64,000 bases of DNA from an uncultured Verrucomicrobiae bacterium (GTDB taxonomy: Bacteria > Verrucomicrobiota > Verrucomicrobiia > Limisphaerales > Palsa-1400): the NCBI GenBank assembly GCA_963702845.1, contig OY969763.1, positions 3,104,001 to 3,168,000 of the forward strand, given 5' to 3'. The position numbers were made by a program, and so were the translations under genes. This document shows, in pieces, positions 20,684 through 32,099 of this stretch. The notes under the pieces are model-generated. The model was not told the DNA's origin and made no database searches. It was given only the letters and a program-made list of their open reading frames with translations. Each line of letters begins with the position of its first letter. Within the stretch, counting starts at the first letter, position 1.

Positions 20684-21283
20684 TTTACCGTTTCTTGACC
20701 GTTTCTTTACCGAATTTGACCGGCCACATAAAATTACGGATTTCGGATTGCGAATTGCGGAATGGTTCAAGACAAACCTTCTGCGATGGGCGCAATGCAC
20801 GCGACATCAGGTAGAAATGGTGCAGTTTTGCGTACGGTTGACGATGGGTGGCGCATTAGGATTACCTCAGATGACCAGACGTGACCAAAGATGACCAAAC
20901 GTGACTGAACGTTGCCGCTGGTGGATTTTGTACTGCCTCGATTTGGGAAATGATGCAGAAATGATGCAGAAATAGTGCAGTTTTCTTCGGTCGCGGATTT
21001 CGAACCACCGAACGACCGTCGGGGCTCGCTTTGCTCGTTGGCGGATTTGCGGCATAGTGAGATTACCTCCGATTACTTCTGATTACCTCCCGTTGCCTTT
21101 TTCATTTTTTTCCAGACGTGGACCCGAAAACTGAACTTTTCTGTACATTTACCTGTACGTTTTTTCGTTTTGACCGTGTTCATTTTACGAAAGGCGGCAA
21201 AAGTTTACCTTTTCTTTACCGAAGTTTTACCTCTGCCGGAATCGCGACTGGTAAAGTTTACCGTTTCTTTACCGAATTTGACC
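20684..21283. repeat. cluster of 10/11-bp-period short tandem repeats
   Basis: Blocks at 20684-20721, 20871-20910, 20947-20980, 21061-21090, 21204-21231 and 21257-21283; a 23-bp exact duplicate at 20699/21261. Confidence 0.8.
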
Positions 21284-21481
21284 ACTTGCGGAGTTTTAGC
21301 CACTGACCGCAACGTCCGGCGCGCGAACACGGATTGAACACAGATTCTTCCTGTGAATTTGGAACTCAGGCCAGTTTCCTGATCTTTCATAAGACGGACA
21401 CCTTTCCAGCCGGGACAAACGCCGGCACGTTAAGTCAGCGAACGACAACAGTTCACTGACGGATTCTTAGGATTCAGATAT

Positions 21482-21618
21482 GAGTTATATAGCGGCGCGT
21501 TTTCACGCATCGCATAAACCCTCTCTCACCGAGAAAGGCCCGAATGGCGGGGGCGCTGCATTCCACCGGAATGAGTTGGCCGGTCGCACGAACCCTGCAC
21601 CGCAGGGTTGATTGACAG
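21482..21618 (-). repeat. structured dispersed element, copy A (full length)
   Basis: Near-identical to 24193-24330; three CGGTG-loop hairpins plus a GCGT-GAAA-ACGC hairpin. Confidence 0.9.
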
Positions 21619-21806
21619 AGGCATTTTTGGGTTTTCAAAAGAAATTTGCAAGAGATAAAACTGCGGTTGGAATTGGAAGTTGCTCCGGGCTTGGTACCGG
21701 GTCGGAGTATGATCAAGCCAAAACCGGCGATCATGGTGGCGGTTATGGGAGAGTGAAATTCTCTGTCGGCGAAGCTGGCGCCAGCTAAAGGTCAGATATC
21801 ACTGAT

Positions 21807-21932
21807 ATGACAATACCATTAACTTTTTCGCCAGAATTGCACGCGACCTCAGCCACAATTGATCGGACCAAATCTCCTGAAGGCAGATACCCGTCCGACC
21901 ATTATGCAGGCACAGCAATACTGCGGTGGTAA
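21807..21932 (+). pseudogene. C-terminal fragment of an endonuclease/exonuclease/phosphatase (EEP) family gene
   Basis: Translates ...ATSATIDRTKSPEGRYPSDHYAGTAILRW*; PSDH is the terminal EEP catalytic motif. Confidence 0.6.
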
Positions 21933-21968
21933 TCGGGCACGAGCCAATTCCGATCAATTCAATCTCTA

Positions 21969-23678
21969 TTACTGATGCACGCTGATGCTGTAAAAACCGG
22001 CGGTGATGTGGCTCAGGATATTTGTCCAGGAATTCTCCGGGGGCGTGGCAATGAGGTTGGCTGCGCCGGGTAGCGCTGCGAAAGCAGCTGCGCCCGAGGT
22101 TAGGTTCGTCGCACAAAGGACGTCATAAAGTCGGTTGGACACACTCGACCAGTGCAGAACGAATTGCGTGCCCGAAATGACCTGCTTGCTCGTAATTTTA
22201 AAAACTGAATTGGCGTTGGTCGGATTAGTTCCCGCAACATACTCCTGCCGGTTGTTCATCCCATCGCCGTCCGAATCCAGATTGTCGGCGCTGCCATCGG
22301 TCGGCAGGCCGTAAGACGCCAACCAAGTGTGAAACGCCTCGGTTTGCGTCTGAAACGTGAAGCGCGCAACCGTCGAGGTGGCAGACAACCCGTATCCCCA
22401 AATCGCACCCGTGTAATTTTCCGTCGAGGTCGTGCCAATGCCCGATTGGACCCGCACGTCCACCGTTCCCGAGCCTGCAGGCGCAACCGCGGTCACATGG
22501 CCATCGTCGCTAGCGCTCGCCGGCACCTGATTGGTTCCGAACCAGACGGTTAAGCGGCCTGCCGCTCCCGAGAAATTCTGGCCGGTGATTGAGACCGATG
22601 TTCCTGCCACACCTTGCATCGGGCTCACGGACGTCACGGCGGGGCTGAGATCCACCATCTCAAAATTTGTAAACCAAAGGCTTTTTAGCCCATGGACGGT
22701 ATCCTGGATGTCGTTATCGTTCCAGGTAAGGGCGAATCCGTTGGTCGCATTGACCGAATAACTGGCGCCGTTGATGTAGAAAGCCGACCCATTATCGGCA
22801 ACGATTAGTCCGTAATCTTTTAAAGCCTGGGCAACGATCCGGGCTTGCGGATTGAGTGAGGAGATGTCCACGTTGGCTTTCAAGCGGAACCGTGCGCCCA
22901 TCGGCGGTTGAATGGCGCAGTTAGTGCCAGAGTTCGCGACGTGTGAGCCTGGATAAACAAATTGATCCAGGATGATTGAGTTTGGGAGCGTGAACCGAAG
23001 CGCATGATAAATGCCGCCCTGCCCTCCCTGCGCCACTGGCAACGCCTCGTCGGGCCGCGCCAGTCCGGCAAGGATCGAAAGTCCAGCCGCATCCGCTGAG
23101 GTCAATTCCAACGGACGGAAGTAATTGTTTGTCATGTTCCAAAACGTCTCACTATCCGCATGCCACTTGCCATCCGCGTTTTCCGACGGGCGCGACGCGC
23201 GATAAAATTCGTAGGCCACATTGTTGTCTTCGTCCCAGAGCAGCAGATGTGAATCGCCCCGAGTGTCGACGCCGACCGTCGGCGCAGTCTGCATATCGCC
23301 TTCAATTACGGCGTTGGCAGGAATGGGGGCATCGAGCAAATCGCTGTCGCCGGCGTACGCATCGATTACAACGTGAACCTTCGGGGTAGCGTTGCCGTGA
23401 ACGACGTTGTAAGGAATGCCATACAAATCAGTGTTGGCGAGCCTTTGGTCCTGCCCGAAATCGGGGTGGAGATGACCGTTTCCGTATCTGTTAACGATGT
23501 TGCTTATGATTACGTCCGAATTGGTCGCGGCAGGCGCCTGGGAAAGCTTTTGGTTCCACGGATAATCGGCGGGAAAAAGATTCGACCCCAGCAGCGCACC
23601 ACAAGCCGGTATGATCGGCGCGGCCAGCACGCAGACACAGAGAAAACTAAGAAGAAGGACTCGGCTTGGCCGGTGCAT
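21969..23678 (-). CDS. secreted protein with IPT/TIG domain, TSP3-like DSDGDG motif and C-terminal domain
   Basis: Signal peptide from ATG 23678; PAVTSVSP..G..GT.V.ITGQNF (IPT); DSDGDGMNN.QEYVAGTNP; ends GFYSISVHQ. Confidence 0.8.
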   Translation of the reverse strand: MHRPSRVLLLSFLCVCVLAAPIIPACGALLGSNLFPADYPWNQKLSQAPAATNSDVIISNIVNRYGNGHLHPDFGQDQRLANTDLYGIPYNVVHGNATPKVHVVIDAYAGDSDLLDAPIPANAVIEGDMQTAPTVGVDTRGDSHLLLWDEDNNVAYEFYRASRPSENADGKWHADSETFWNMTNNYFRPLELTSADAAGLSILAGLARPDEALPVAQGGQGGIYHALRFTLPNSIILDQFVYPGSHVANSGTNCAIQPPMGARFRLKANVDISSLNPQARIVAQALKDYGLIVADNGSAFYINGASYSVNATNGFALTWNDNDIQDTVHGLKSLWFTNFEMVDLSPAVTSVSPMQGVAGTSVSITGQNFSGAAGRLTVWFGTNQVPASASDDGHVTAVAPAGSGTVDVRVQSGIGTTSTENYTGAIWGYGLSATSTVARFTFQTQTEAFHTWLASYGLPTDGSADNLDSDGDGMNNRQEYVAGTNPTNANSVFKITSKQVISGTQFVLHWSSVSNRLYDVLCATNLTSGAAAFAALPGAANLIATPPENSWTNILSHITAGFYSISVHQ

Positions 23679-24013
23679 CTCGTGAGTATAACCAAAAAAC
23701 GATGGAGCAAAAGCACCCACCCTGCCGAAGCCAGCACCCTTAATGCCATTATCACTGCAATTCTTCTTTAGCATTCCCGCCTAGAACCTTAACTGAAAGG
23801 AAATTGCTTTTGACGCTGGCGCGGTTAATTCGCTCGGTAAGCGAATCAGCCCAGTGCACTCACCACCGTTACGCGACTTTGTATGCATTGTATCGCGCGA
23901 AATGGAAGGCGTCGGGCGTCGGATCAAGTAATGGGGTGGAAATGTCATCCAGAGACTCAAACGAAAGGAGGATTCCAAGTTCGCGGCAGTATTCTTAGGA
24001 TTTTTTGAGTTTC

Positions 24014-24191
24014 AGAGCGTATAAAAAAATGCTGTGTCCATTCGGCTGAGCAGAGGGGAGAGCGGTCTTTTTGAATTTTGACTTCGTTTCGACTCAGTCA
24101 CAGACCGCTGCGGGTATGCTCCTTCGTTAAAGCCTCGCCAAAATCCAAAAATCCTCGCTCCGAACGGCTACAGAATTTTTTTATACGCTCT
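24014..24191. mobile_element. MITE with 22-bp terminal inverted repeats
   Basis: AGAGCGTATAAAAAAATGCTGT ... ACAGAATTTTTTTATACGCTCT (1 mismatch); 178 bp; no ORF. Confidence 0.8.
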
Positions 24192-24192
24192 A

Positions 24193-24330
24193 GAGTTATA
24201 TAGCGGCGCGTTTTCACGCATCGCTTAAACCCTCTCTCACCGAGAAAGGCCCGAATGGCGGGGGCGCTGCATTCCACCGGAATGAGTTGGCCGGTTCGAT
24301 CGAACCCTGCACCGCAGAGCTGATTGACAG
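24193..24330 (-). repeat. structured dispersed element, copy B (full length)
   Basis: Near-identical to copy A; abuts the MITE. Confidence 0.9.
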
Positions 24331-24796
24331 GAGAAAAATATAATATGGGTAAGAAAATGCAAGACTGTGCCGCGCGAATTCCCAGAAATAGTGGAGGGGT
24401 AGTGGGCGAGTAGTGAGTGAAAGGAACAGGAGCAAACGGAGGGAACGGAGGTGCTGGCGTGCAGCCAGGGTGGCATGAGATGCATTACTGGAACGACCGG
24501 GGCTGAATGAAGATGCGAAAAACCCGCGGCGCGGGCAGAAAGTGCAGCGAACCATTCGCCGGCCAAGGGAGTCCTATGTCAAAAACCGGGTTATTTTGCC
24601 CGAACAACAACCGGCGTCGCTGGGTAGGCTGGACTGAGGAGTGGTTTCACTCAGTCTGGATGAACACTAAGGAACCAAAGCATCTGCTGGTTGATATCAT
24701 TAACACTGGTGAGCGCGCACCTCATCCGCCACTCAGCCTCGTTAACCCAGCACCGGTAGTCGCGCTTTCGAACCGTGCCGAACACCCTGTGCCGGT

Positions 24797-25084
24797 TCAG
24801 CCTGCGCTCAAATCTTCCATCGCACCATAGAACGATATCTCCGGTTTGCCGACGACACCAGCCCCCGCCATCGCCTTCCGCAGCTCTGCGGATTTGATGA
24901 ATTTTTTCAATCGCGCGGTGGTATCCCACTCGCACCAGACCAGTAGGTCGTTTGGACTCTTGCTGCCGCGGCAAACATAAAAACTTTTCTCCCCGGACGC
25001 CTTGCGAACGGCAGCGAAGGTTTTGACCTCCCGTTTCCACTTCGCGTAATTGGCGACCTTGTGCTGAATCATGACGTATGGCAT
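24797..25084 (-). CDS. small dimeric alpha-beta barrel protein (ABM/cyclase-like)
   Basis: IQHKVANYAKWK...SAELRKAMAGAGVVGKPEI pattern. Confidence 0.75.
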   Translation of the reverse strand: MPYVMIQHKVANYAKWKREVKTFAAVRKASGEKSFYVCRGSKSPNDLLVWCEWDTTARLKKFIKSAELRKAMAGAGVVGKPEISFYGAMEDLSAG

Positions 25085-25598
25085 GTCGTACCTTTCGGTT
25101 AATGTGTTGTGCTACCAAGTGCGGCTAAACGGCAAACGCGCCGTCCCCCCGGGTGAACATGTGCGAGCTCCTTCCGTCTGTCCAATCAAACTTGGTCTGG
25201 ACTCGCTCGAGAGCTTCAGCTTACTAGCATGAATCCTGCACGGCCAAAATATTCAGCCTAAGGAACCATCGAACTTGAAATCCCCAATGGGGCCGCTGTT
25301 TCAATTCCGGACTGGCGGCTCAGAACTGCAATGATTTATTTCCAATGGTTAGAGGACCAGTTCGCTCCAGGCTGTATCAAACCCTCTACCGCGCAAGAGG
25401 ACAAAAAGCAAAATCCTGCTATGAGGGACGGCAACTTGTTTCTTTGATGTTGTTTAGTTTTCTTGCGACATGAGTTAGAGGGTGAAGTTCAATTTGGCAG
25501 ATGGAATGGAACGGAGGAGGCCGGGCAACCGTGGGTCCCGGTTCCGAATCGGGATCATCATCAAGTCACCGTGCGAGGGCGCGTGATGCTGGCTTGTT

Positions 25599-25676
25599 GC
25601 TTAAACCCTCTCTCACCGAGAAAGGCCCGAATGGCGGGGGCGCTGCATTCCACCGGAATGAGTTGGGCGGTCAACC
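25599..25676 (-). repeat. structured dispersed element, copy C (partial)
   Basis: Matches the central two hairpins of copies A/B; 80 nt after the RND pump stop. Confidence 0.88.
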
Positions 25677-25756
25677 CAAACCGAGCCGATCCGAAGGACT
25701 TGTTACTTTCGCTTTAGCTCGTTTGCATGCTGAACAGTAGAAAAAAGTTCGTGTTC

Positions 25757-28700
25757 TCATTTGTTTTCAGTCCCACGCGTTGAATCACTACTCCGTTCGA
25801 AAATCAGGTAGAGGACCGGCAGCACAATGAGCGTGAGGAGCGTGGCTGAAACCAAGCCGCCTATAATGACAACGGCTAACGGCCGTTGTGTTTCGGAGCC
25901 AATCCCGTGCGAGAGCGCCATCGGCAACAGCCCAAGCATCGCCAATAATGCCGTCATCAGCACCGTTCGCAGCCGTGTCGCGGCGCCTTCCATGATTGCC
26001 TCATAGAGGGAGACACCTTCATCCCGAAGCTGGTTGAAATAACTGACCATGACCACGCCGTTGAGGACGGCCTGGCCGAAAAGCGCAATAAAACCGATCG
26101 CCGCCGAAACGCTTAACGGGATGCCGGTGAGCAGCAAGGCAAGTACTCCACCGATCAAACCAAGCGGCACGTTTACCAAAATCAGCAGCGCACTTTTGAC
26201 GGATTTGAACGCATCAAATAGCAGCACAAAAATCAGGAACGTGCTAATCGGAACAATGAGAGCGAGGCGTTTCATCGCCCGTTGCTGGTTTTCAAATTCC
26301 CCACTCCAACTCACAAACCAGCCCCGCGGAAGCGACGTTTTTTGCAAACGAGCCTGCATATCGGCCACGACGCTGCCCATGTCGCGTCCTTTGATGAAGA
26401 TGCTGATAGCCGAGAGCCGCGTCCCGTTTTCGCGGCTGATGTTCATGCTGCCGCCGGTTTCCTTGAACACAGCCACTTGTTCGAGCGGGATGTGGAGACC
26501 ATCTGGCGTGTCCACGAGGATTTTTTTCAAGTTGGCCAGGCTGCGCTCAGCCTCGGGCAGTCGCACAACGATACTGAAGTGCTGTTCCCCTTCCCACAAC
26601 TCAGTGGCGGCTTTTCCGGCAAGGCCGATTTCGATCACGTCCTCGATATCGCCGACATTGAGCCCATACCGAGAAGCACTCTCACGATCAATTTCAATGA
26701 GCGCCTGGGGCACTTCCCCGGCGCGATCGACAACCGCCGTTTCAACGCCAGGAATATCGGCAATAGCCTTCACCATCTCTTGCGCTTTACGGCGCAAGGC
26801 AGCGGAATCATCGCCGAACACTTTGATCACGACCTGCCCGTCAATCTGCGAAATGCTCTCCAGCACATTGTCGCGGATAGGTTGTGAAAAACTGATTTCA
26901 ACTCCCGGCAAACTTTCAAGATTCCGCCCCATCTCCTGGATGACCGCTTCCTTGCTGAGCCCGCGTTTCCATTCGCCGGGCGGCTTTAAATCCACAAAAG
27001 TCTCCGCCATATTAATCGACTTCGGATCAGTCCCGTCTTCCGGCCGTCCTGCTTTGGAAATGACCGTGCCGACTTCGGGCGTCTTGCGAATGAGCTCGCG
27101 CATCTTCGGCAATACACCCGCGCCTGCTCGACCGAAATACCCGGGGGCAGATTGGCGTTAACCCAAATCTTTCCTTCGTTCAGCTCGGGCAAAAATTCCG
27201 TGCCGAGCCTGGTAGCCATCACCAGGCTGGCGACAAACACCCCCAACGCGGCAATGAGGACAAACTTTGGATGGGCCATCGCACGCCGGAGGACAGCCAA
27301 ATACGGCTTCTTAATGGACCGCACGAGCGCGTTTTCCGTGTGCGGAATATTTTTCCGCAGCAAAAACATGCAGAGCAAGGGCACCAACGTGAGCGAAAAC
27401 AGCAGCGACCCGGCCAACGCACTGGTCACAGTCCATGCCATGGGGGCAAAAATCCGGCCTTCATGACGTTGCAATGTGAAAATCGGGATATGCGCGGCGA
27501 TAATGATGAGCATGGAAAAGAACGTTGGCCGGCCAACCTCAATCGTCGCCTGTTCAATCGCCTCGCGGAAAGTTCTTTTGTCACCGCTTTGCTTCAATTC
27601 ACCAAGACGCCGGAAGACATTCTCAACAACGATCACTGCACCATCCACAATAATGCCAAAGTCCATCGCTCCCAGAGAAAGCAAATTAGCCGGTATCCCT
27701 CGCCAACTCAGCCCAATGAAAGTGGCCAACAAAGACAGCGGGATCATAAGTGCAACGATGGCGGCAGCGCGGAAGTTGCCCAGAAACAGCAGCAAAACGA
27801 ATGTCACGAGAATCGCGCCCTCCGCCAGATTCTTGAAAACGGTATGAAGCGTTGTGTCAATCAACCACGTGCGGTCGTAATAAGGAACAATTGTGACACC
27901 TTTCGGGAGGATAGACGTATTGAGCAGCTCAATCTTCGCCTTCAGCGCCTAAGCACATCCGAAGGATTTTCGCCTTTGCGCATGAGGACGATTCCCGAGA
28001 CAATATCATCTGTGTCGTCCTGCCCGATAATCCCTTCCATCGGCAAATGGCCCAATCGTAATGTCCGCAATGTCCCTTGATCAAAATCGGTGTCGCCGCC
28101 CCGGCTGGTGATGACGATGTTGCTTATATCATCAGGAGAGCGAAGAAGACCGACACCACGAATGATATACTGCTGTGAACCCTGCGTCACTTTGCTTCCG
28201 CCCACATTGGCATTGCCGCGGCCCAACGCGGTAATAGGGTTGCTGCAGCGTAATACCATAGTACGCGCATCCGACCGAGGCTGGGGTTGACTTCATACGT
28301 TTTACCAAGCCCGCCAAGAGTCACGACATCGGCAACACCTGGCACGCCGCGCAGGTTTCGCTCCACAACCCAATCTTCAAGCGTGCGCAAATCCCGCGTT
28401 GTATAACCTCGGGGCCATTCAGGGTGTAGCGGTAGATTTCGCCGATCGCGGTAGAGAGCGGCGCCAGTTGCGGTTGGACGCCTTGAGGCAAATCAGCTGT
28501 CGTAAGCCGTTCGAGCACTTGCTGGCGCGCCTGCCTATCAGTCGTTCGGTCATCAAAAGTCAGCATGATGAACGAGAGACCAAACTGCGTGTGTGAAAAC
28601 ATCCGCACCATGTGCGGCAGACCATTCAATACTGTTTCAAGCGGCATCGTGACCTGCTTCTCCACTTCTTCCGGAGCGCGGCCCGTATAAAGCGTGATGA

Positions 28701-28845
28701 CGTTGACCTGAATATCCGATACGTCAGGAAACGCCTCGATCGGCAAGCTGTGAAATGCCGCGAGACCACCACCGATAAAAAGAACCGCCATCAGCACGAT
28801 GAACAGCGGCTGATGCAGGGCAAAACTGACGACGCGTTTAATCAT
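25757..28845 (-). pseudogene. CzcA/CusA-family heavy-metal RND efflux pump, multiply frameshifted
   Basis: LPIEAFPDVSD, LSLGAMDFGIIVDGAV, EFLPELNEG and RLRTVLMTALLA motifs spread over six or more ORF fragments. Confidence 0.85.
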
Positions 28846-28876
28846 TTGAGTGAAGGGCTGGGAGGAACCGTCATGA

Positions 28877-30010
28877 CTATTCCAGCATCTGTTGAAGCAA
28901 GACGCAGCCGTCGGTGACGACTTGCTGACCCGGTTGCAGACCGCTTACAATACGAACAAGTCCGTCCTGCTCGGTGCCAATCGCGACCTGCTGCCGTTTG
29001 AATTGGGTGTGAGCTTCTTCGACAAAGACGTAGTGCTTTTCACCTTTCAGGAAAACCGCCTTTGACGGTACAGTTAAGACAGACACTCCACTCCCTGGCA
29101 GGTTTACGGTGACGAACATCTCCGCTTTGAGCGACCCGCCGTCATTGTTCACCGTGCCTCGGACTTTGATCGTGCGTGTGCCGGGGTCGATGAATTGCGA
29201 AACATGGTCCACACGTCCCGTAAAGGTCTGGTTTGGGAACGCCCGGCTGATGAATGTAAACTCCCGGCCCCGCTCTAATCGCGACAGATCAACTTCCGTT
29301 GCATCGATTTGAATCCACAATTTCGACGGATTACTTACGACAAACAGCGGCGAAAAAAATTGCGGCGCGTTCGCCAGCATTTGGTCAGGACGGATTTCCT
29401 GTCCGGGATTGATATTCTTTTCGACGATCGTTCCGGCAATGGGGCTTTTCAGGACGAAAACTCCATCAACCGAATCCGCATTCGCGCCATAAGCGACCAA
29501 TTTGGATAGCGTTCGTGCGCGTTCCGATTGCGCGCGAGCTTCATCCGCCTCGCTGGCTTCGACGTCCTTTTGCGGAGCAGCGCCGTGTGCAAACAATTCA
29601 CGCACACGCTTCATGTTGCGCTCCGCTAATTGCAGATCACTTTCAGCTTTGCGCGCCTCCGCCTGCGCCTGGCCGAAATCCGGCGACTCGACTTCTGCCA
29701 GTGGTGCACCTTTCTCGACTGTCTCTCCCGGATGAGCGAAAATTTTACGCACACGCCCAGCGAACGGTGTGAAAATGTGCACCGTCACCTCGTCATTCCA
29801 AACGAGCCGGCCAAAAAGCGCGGTGCTTGTGGGAGGACGCGAATCAACGGGTTTAACCTCCAAGGAAGTCAGTTGCGGCGACTCCGCCGGAAAAGTGATG
29901 CTCTCGTCGGCAACCTTGGGCTCGGCTGCTTGCTCTTCTTTCATCTCGCGATGGCAACCTGCAACCAGGCTTGCCAGCAGCAATGAACTCATCAAATGGA
30001 TCGTTTTCAT
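28877..30010 (-). CDS. RND efflux membrane fusion protein (CzcB-like lipoprotein)
   Basis: LVAGC lipobox; GETVEKGAPLA, IDPGTRTIKVR and GLQPGQQVVTDG motifs. Confidence 0.9.
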   Translation of the reverse strand: MKTIHLMSSLLLASLVAGCHREMKEEQAAEPKVADESITFPAESPQLTSLEVKPVDSRPPTSTALFGRLVWNDEVTVHIFTPFAGRVRKIFAHPGETVEKGAPLAEVESPDFGQAQAEARKAESDLQLAERNMKRVRELFAHGAAPQKDVEASEADEARAQSERARTLSKLVAYGANADSVDGVFVLKSPIAGTIVEKNINPGQEIRPDQMLANAPQFFSPLFVVSNPSKLWIQIDATEVDLSRLERGREFTFISRAFPNQTFTGRVDHVSQFIDPGTRTIKVRGTVNNDGGSLKAEMFVTVNLPGSGVSVLTVPSKAVFLKGEKHYVFVEEAHTQFKRQQVAIGTEQDGLVRIVSGLQPGQQVVTDGCVLLQQMLE

Positions 30011-31329
30011 TTTGTTCGTGTGGCTATCACCTCTGTCGCGGCTTTGAATGCGGCGGCGGCGGTGGCGGCGTCATTTGCAGCCTGAATCGCTGCCAGGCGG
30101 ACGGTGTTGTCGTCTCGTTCCGCTGAGAGCAAATCGAGCAATGAAGCGCCGCCTTTTTCATAAGCAAAGACAACCGTCTTGCGAATTTGGCCGGATTTGG
30201 GACGAAGCTGGTCGCGGTAGCTTTGCCAGCGCGTGAAAGCGCTTTCGTAAGTATGCCGCGTGGTCGCGATCTCCGCGGCGATCTGCGCTGCTACTTTCTC
30301 CATCTGTGTTTGGGCCTGTTCGCGCGCGGCTTCAGCAGCCTTTATCGCGCCGCGATTCCGGTTCCACAACGGCAAAGGAAAACTCAGACCAAACCCGATC
30401 GTGTTCGGCATCGACGGTGGCTGGTGCTCGTATTGAGCAAACAAAGTTGGATCGGGAATGCGTTGCGCTTTTTGCAGGTGCAAATCCGCCTCCGATTTCT
30501 TCAATGCCTGTGCCGCCGCGATCAGATCTGCGCGATTTCCCACAGCCTCCGTTCCGCCGGTCGCAACCACGGCGCTGGCGAGATCCTCCAGATCGTCAGT
30601 CAGCGTAGCTTTTCCCGCTGCCTTCGAAACGCCGAGGAGCAATTCGAGGTTGATCAGCGCTATCTTCGCCGTCGTTTCAGCTGACCGCGCGTCCAACTCA
30701 AATTGTTGCGCAGTGATTTCGATGCGGCTTTTATCCGCCGTGGAAATATCCCCGGCCGTCAATCGAGCAGCAGCAATATCCGCTTCACGACGCAGGCTCG
30801 CGGCCGATTCCCGGAAGACCAGAACGTTTGCGTTCGCCTGGTCGGCCGCCGAGTAAGCGTTGGCCACCGCGAGATCGAGTTTACGTCGGGCATCGGCAAG
30901 ACGAGCCCGCGCACTTTCGATCCCTGCCTGCGCTGAAAGTTGGCGACTCTTCCGTTTGCCGCCGATCTCAAAAAGCTGATTAATGGCCGCGACCGAATCG
31001 TAATCGCGCGACCAGAACGAGCCGCCTTGATTGGGATACTTTCCGTCGACGCTGACCTGTGTCACGGATACGCTCAACGAAGGATTGGGAAATTCCCTGG
31101 AAATTATTTTTTGCGCAGTGGCAATGCCCACATCACTTTTCGCGGCCAGCAGGTCCCAATTGCGCTCAAACGCAATCCTTTGCGCATCGGCGAGGGAAAG
31201 CCGCTCCAACGCGCCTGAGCCGACAGCATCCATGGCGGTTGTCTGTTGATCTCCTTGCGAGGCGAACGCACATAACAACAATAATACGGCGACGACTCCT
31301 GGTTGAATCCGATCCGGAAAAAACTTCAT
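30007..31329 (-). CDS. TolC/CzcC-family outer membrane efflux protein
   Basis: QLFEIGGKR, SFPLPLWNRNRG and AYEKGGASLLDLL motifs; overlaps the MFP start by 4 nt. Confidence 0.9.
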   Translation of the reverse strand: MKFFPDRIQPGVVAVLLLLCAFASQGDQQTTAMDAVGSGALERLSLADAQRIAFERNWDLLAAKSDVGIATAQKIISREFPNPSLSVSVTQVSVDGKYPNQGGSFWSRDYDSVAAINQLFEIGGKRKSRQLSAQAGIESARARLADARRKLDLAVANAYSAADQANANVLVFRESAASLRREADIAAARLTAGDISTADKSRIEITAQQFELDARSAETTAKIALINLELLLGVSKAAGKATLTDDLEDLASAVVATGGTEAVGNRADLIAAAQALKKSEADLHLQKAQRIPDPTLFAQYEHQPPSMPNTIGFGLSFPLPLWNRNRGAIKAAEAAREQAQTQMEKVAAQIAAEIATTRHTYESAFTRWQSYRDQLRPKSGQIRKTVVFAYEKGGASLLDLLSAERDDNTVRLAAIQAANDAATAAAAFKAATEVIATRTK

Positions 31330-31424
31330 CTAGCCCTGTCAGGGTAGCGAAGATCCATCGGGTGTCTGTTAGGCGGGGTCTAATTATTTTGTACGGCGAG
31401 GTACTACACGCCAACAGGCACTGA

Positions 31425-32099
31425 TCACCGCGGATGTTTGGCTTCATTCCAGCGAATGGCTTCGCGGAGCAGTTCCGTTGCGCTTTTAAGATTCAGCTTC
31501 TCTTTCACTCGCGCGCAGTATGCCTGGACCGTTTTCATGCTGACGTTCAACGCCTCCGATACCTGCCGTGTTCCAAGCCCTTTTCCGAGCAGATCAAATA
31601 CAGCCATCTCCCGGTCGCTCAGCAGTTCCACCGGCGAAGCGCTTGAGGCGGACTTCCCTTCAATCAGCCGCGCTGTCATGACTTCGCTGACCCTGGGGCT
31701 GATGTAGAGTTTCCCATCCAAAACTTTGCGAATCCCTTCAATTATTTTTTTGGTCGCTTCCCGTTTCATCACGTAGCCCTTTGCACCGGCGCGGATCGCG
31801 CGTTCGGCATAATGCAATTCATCGTGCATCGAAAGGACCAAAACGGCGATTTCCGGATGTGAATTCTTCAAATCCTTGATCAGTTCAATACCCGAAGAGT
31901 TATCCAATGAAATATCCACAATCGCTACCTCAGGTTTACAAACGCTCATCGCCTGCAAGGCTGGAGGAGCACTTTCCGTTTCTCCGCAAACCACGAGATC
32001 GGATTGCTGATTAATGAGATTAGTCAACCATTCCCGCACCAGCGGATGGTCATCCACCAAAAAGACTTTCCTCTTCTTTTTGTTCGTTGCGGTCGTCAT
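31425..32099 (-). CDS. NarL/LuxR-family response regulator
   Basis: VDDHPLVR receiver domain; LSDRE..V..L.GKG HTH. Confidence 0.93.
   Translation of the reverse strand: MTTATNKKKRKVFLVDDHPLVREWLTNLINQQSDLVVCGETESAPPALQAMSVCKPEVAIVDISLDNSSGIELIKDLKNSHPEIAVLVLSMHDELHYAERAIRAGAKGYVMKREATKKIIEGIRKVLDGKLYISPRVSEVMTARLIEGKSASSASPVELLSDREMAVFDLLGKGLGTRQVSEALNVSMKTVQAYCARVKEKLNLKSATELLREAIRWNEAKHPR

Noticed and set aside
24324..24344. TTGACA...TATAAT sigma70 promoter at the end of copy B
   Set aside because: The spacer is only 9 nt and is not conserved in other copies.
26049..27161. Long antisense ORFs (also 3230..3967, 45906..46904, 53078..53932)
   Set aside because: These are shadow ORFs opposite well-supported genes in GC-rich DNA.
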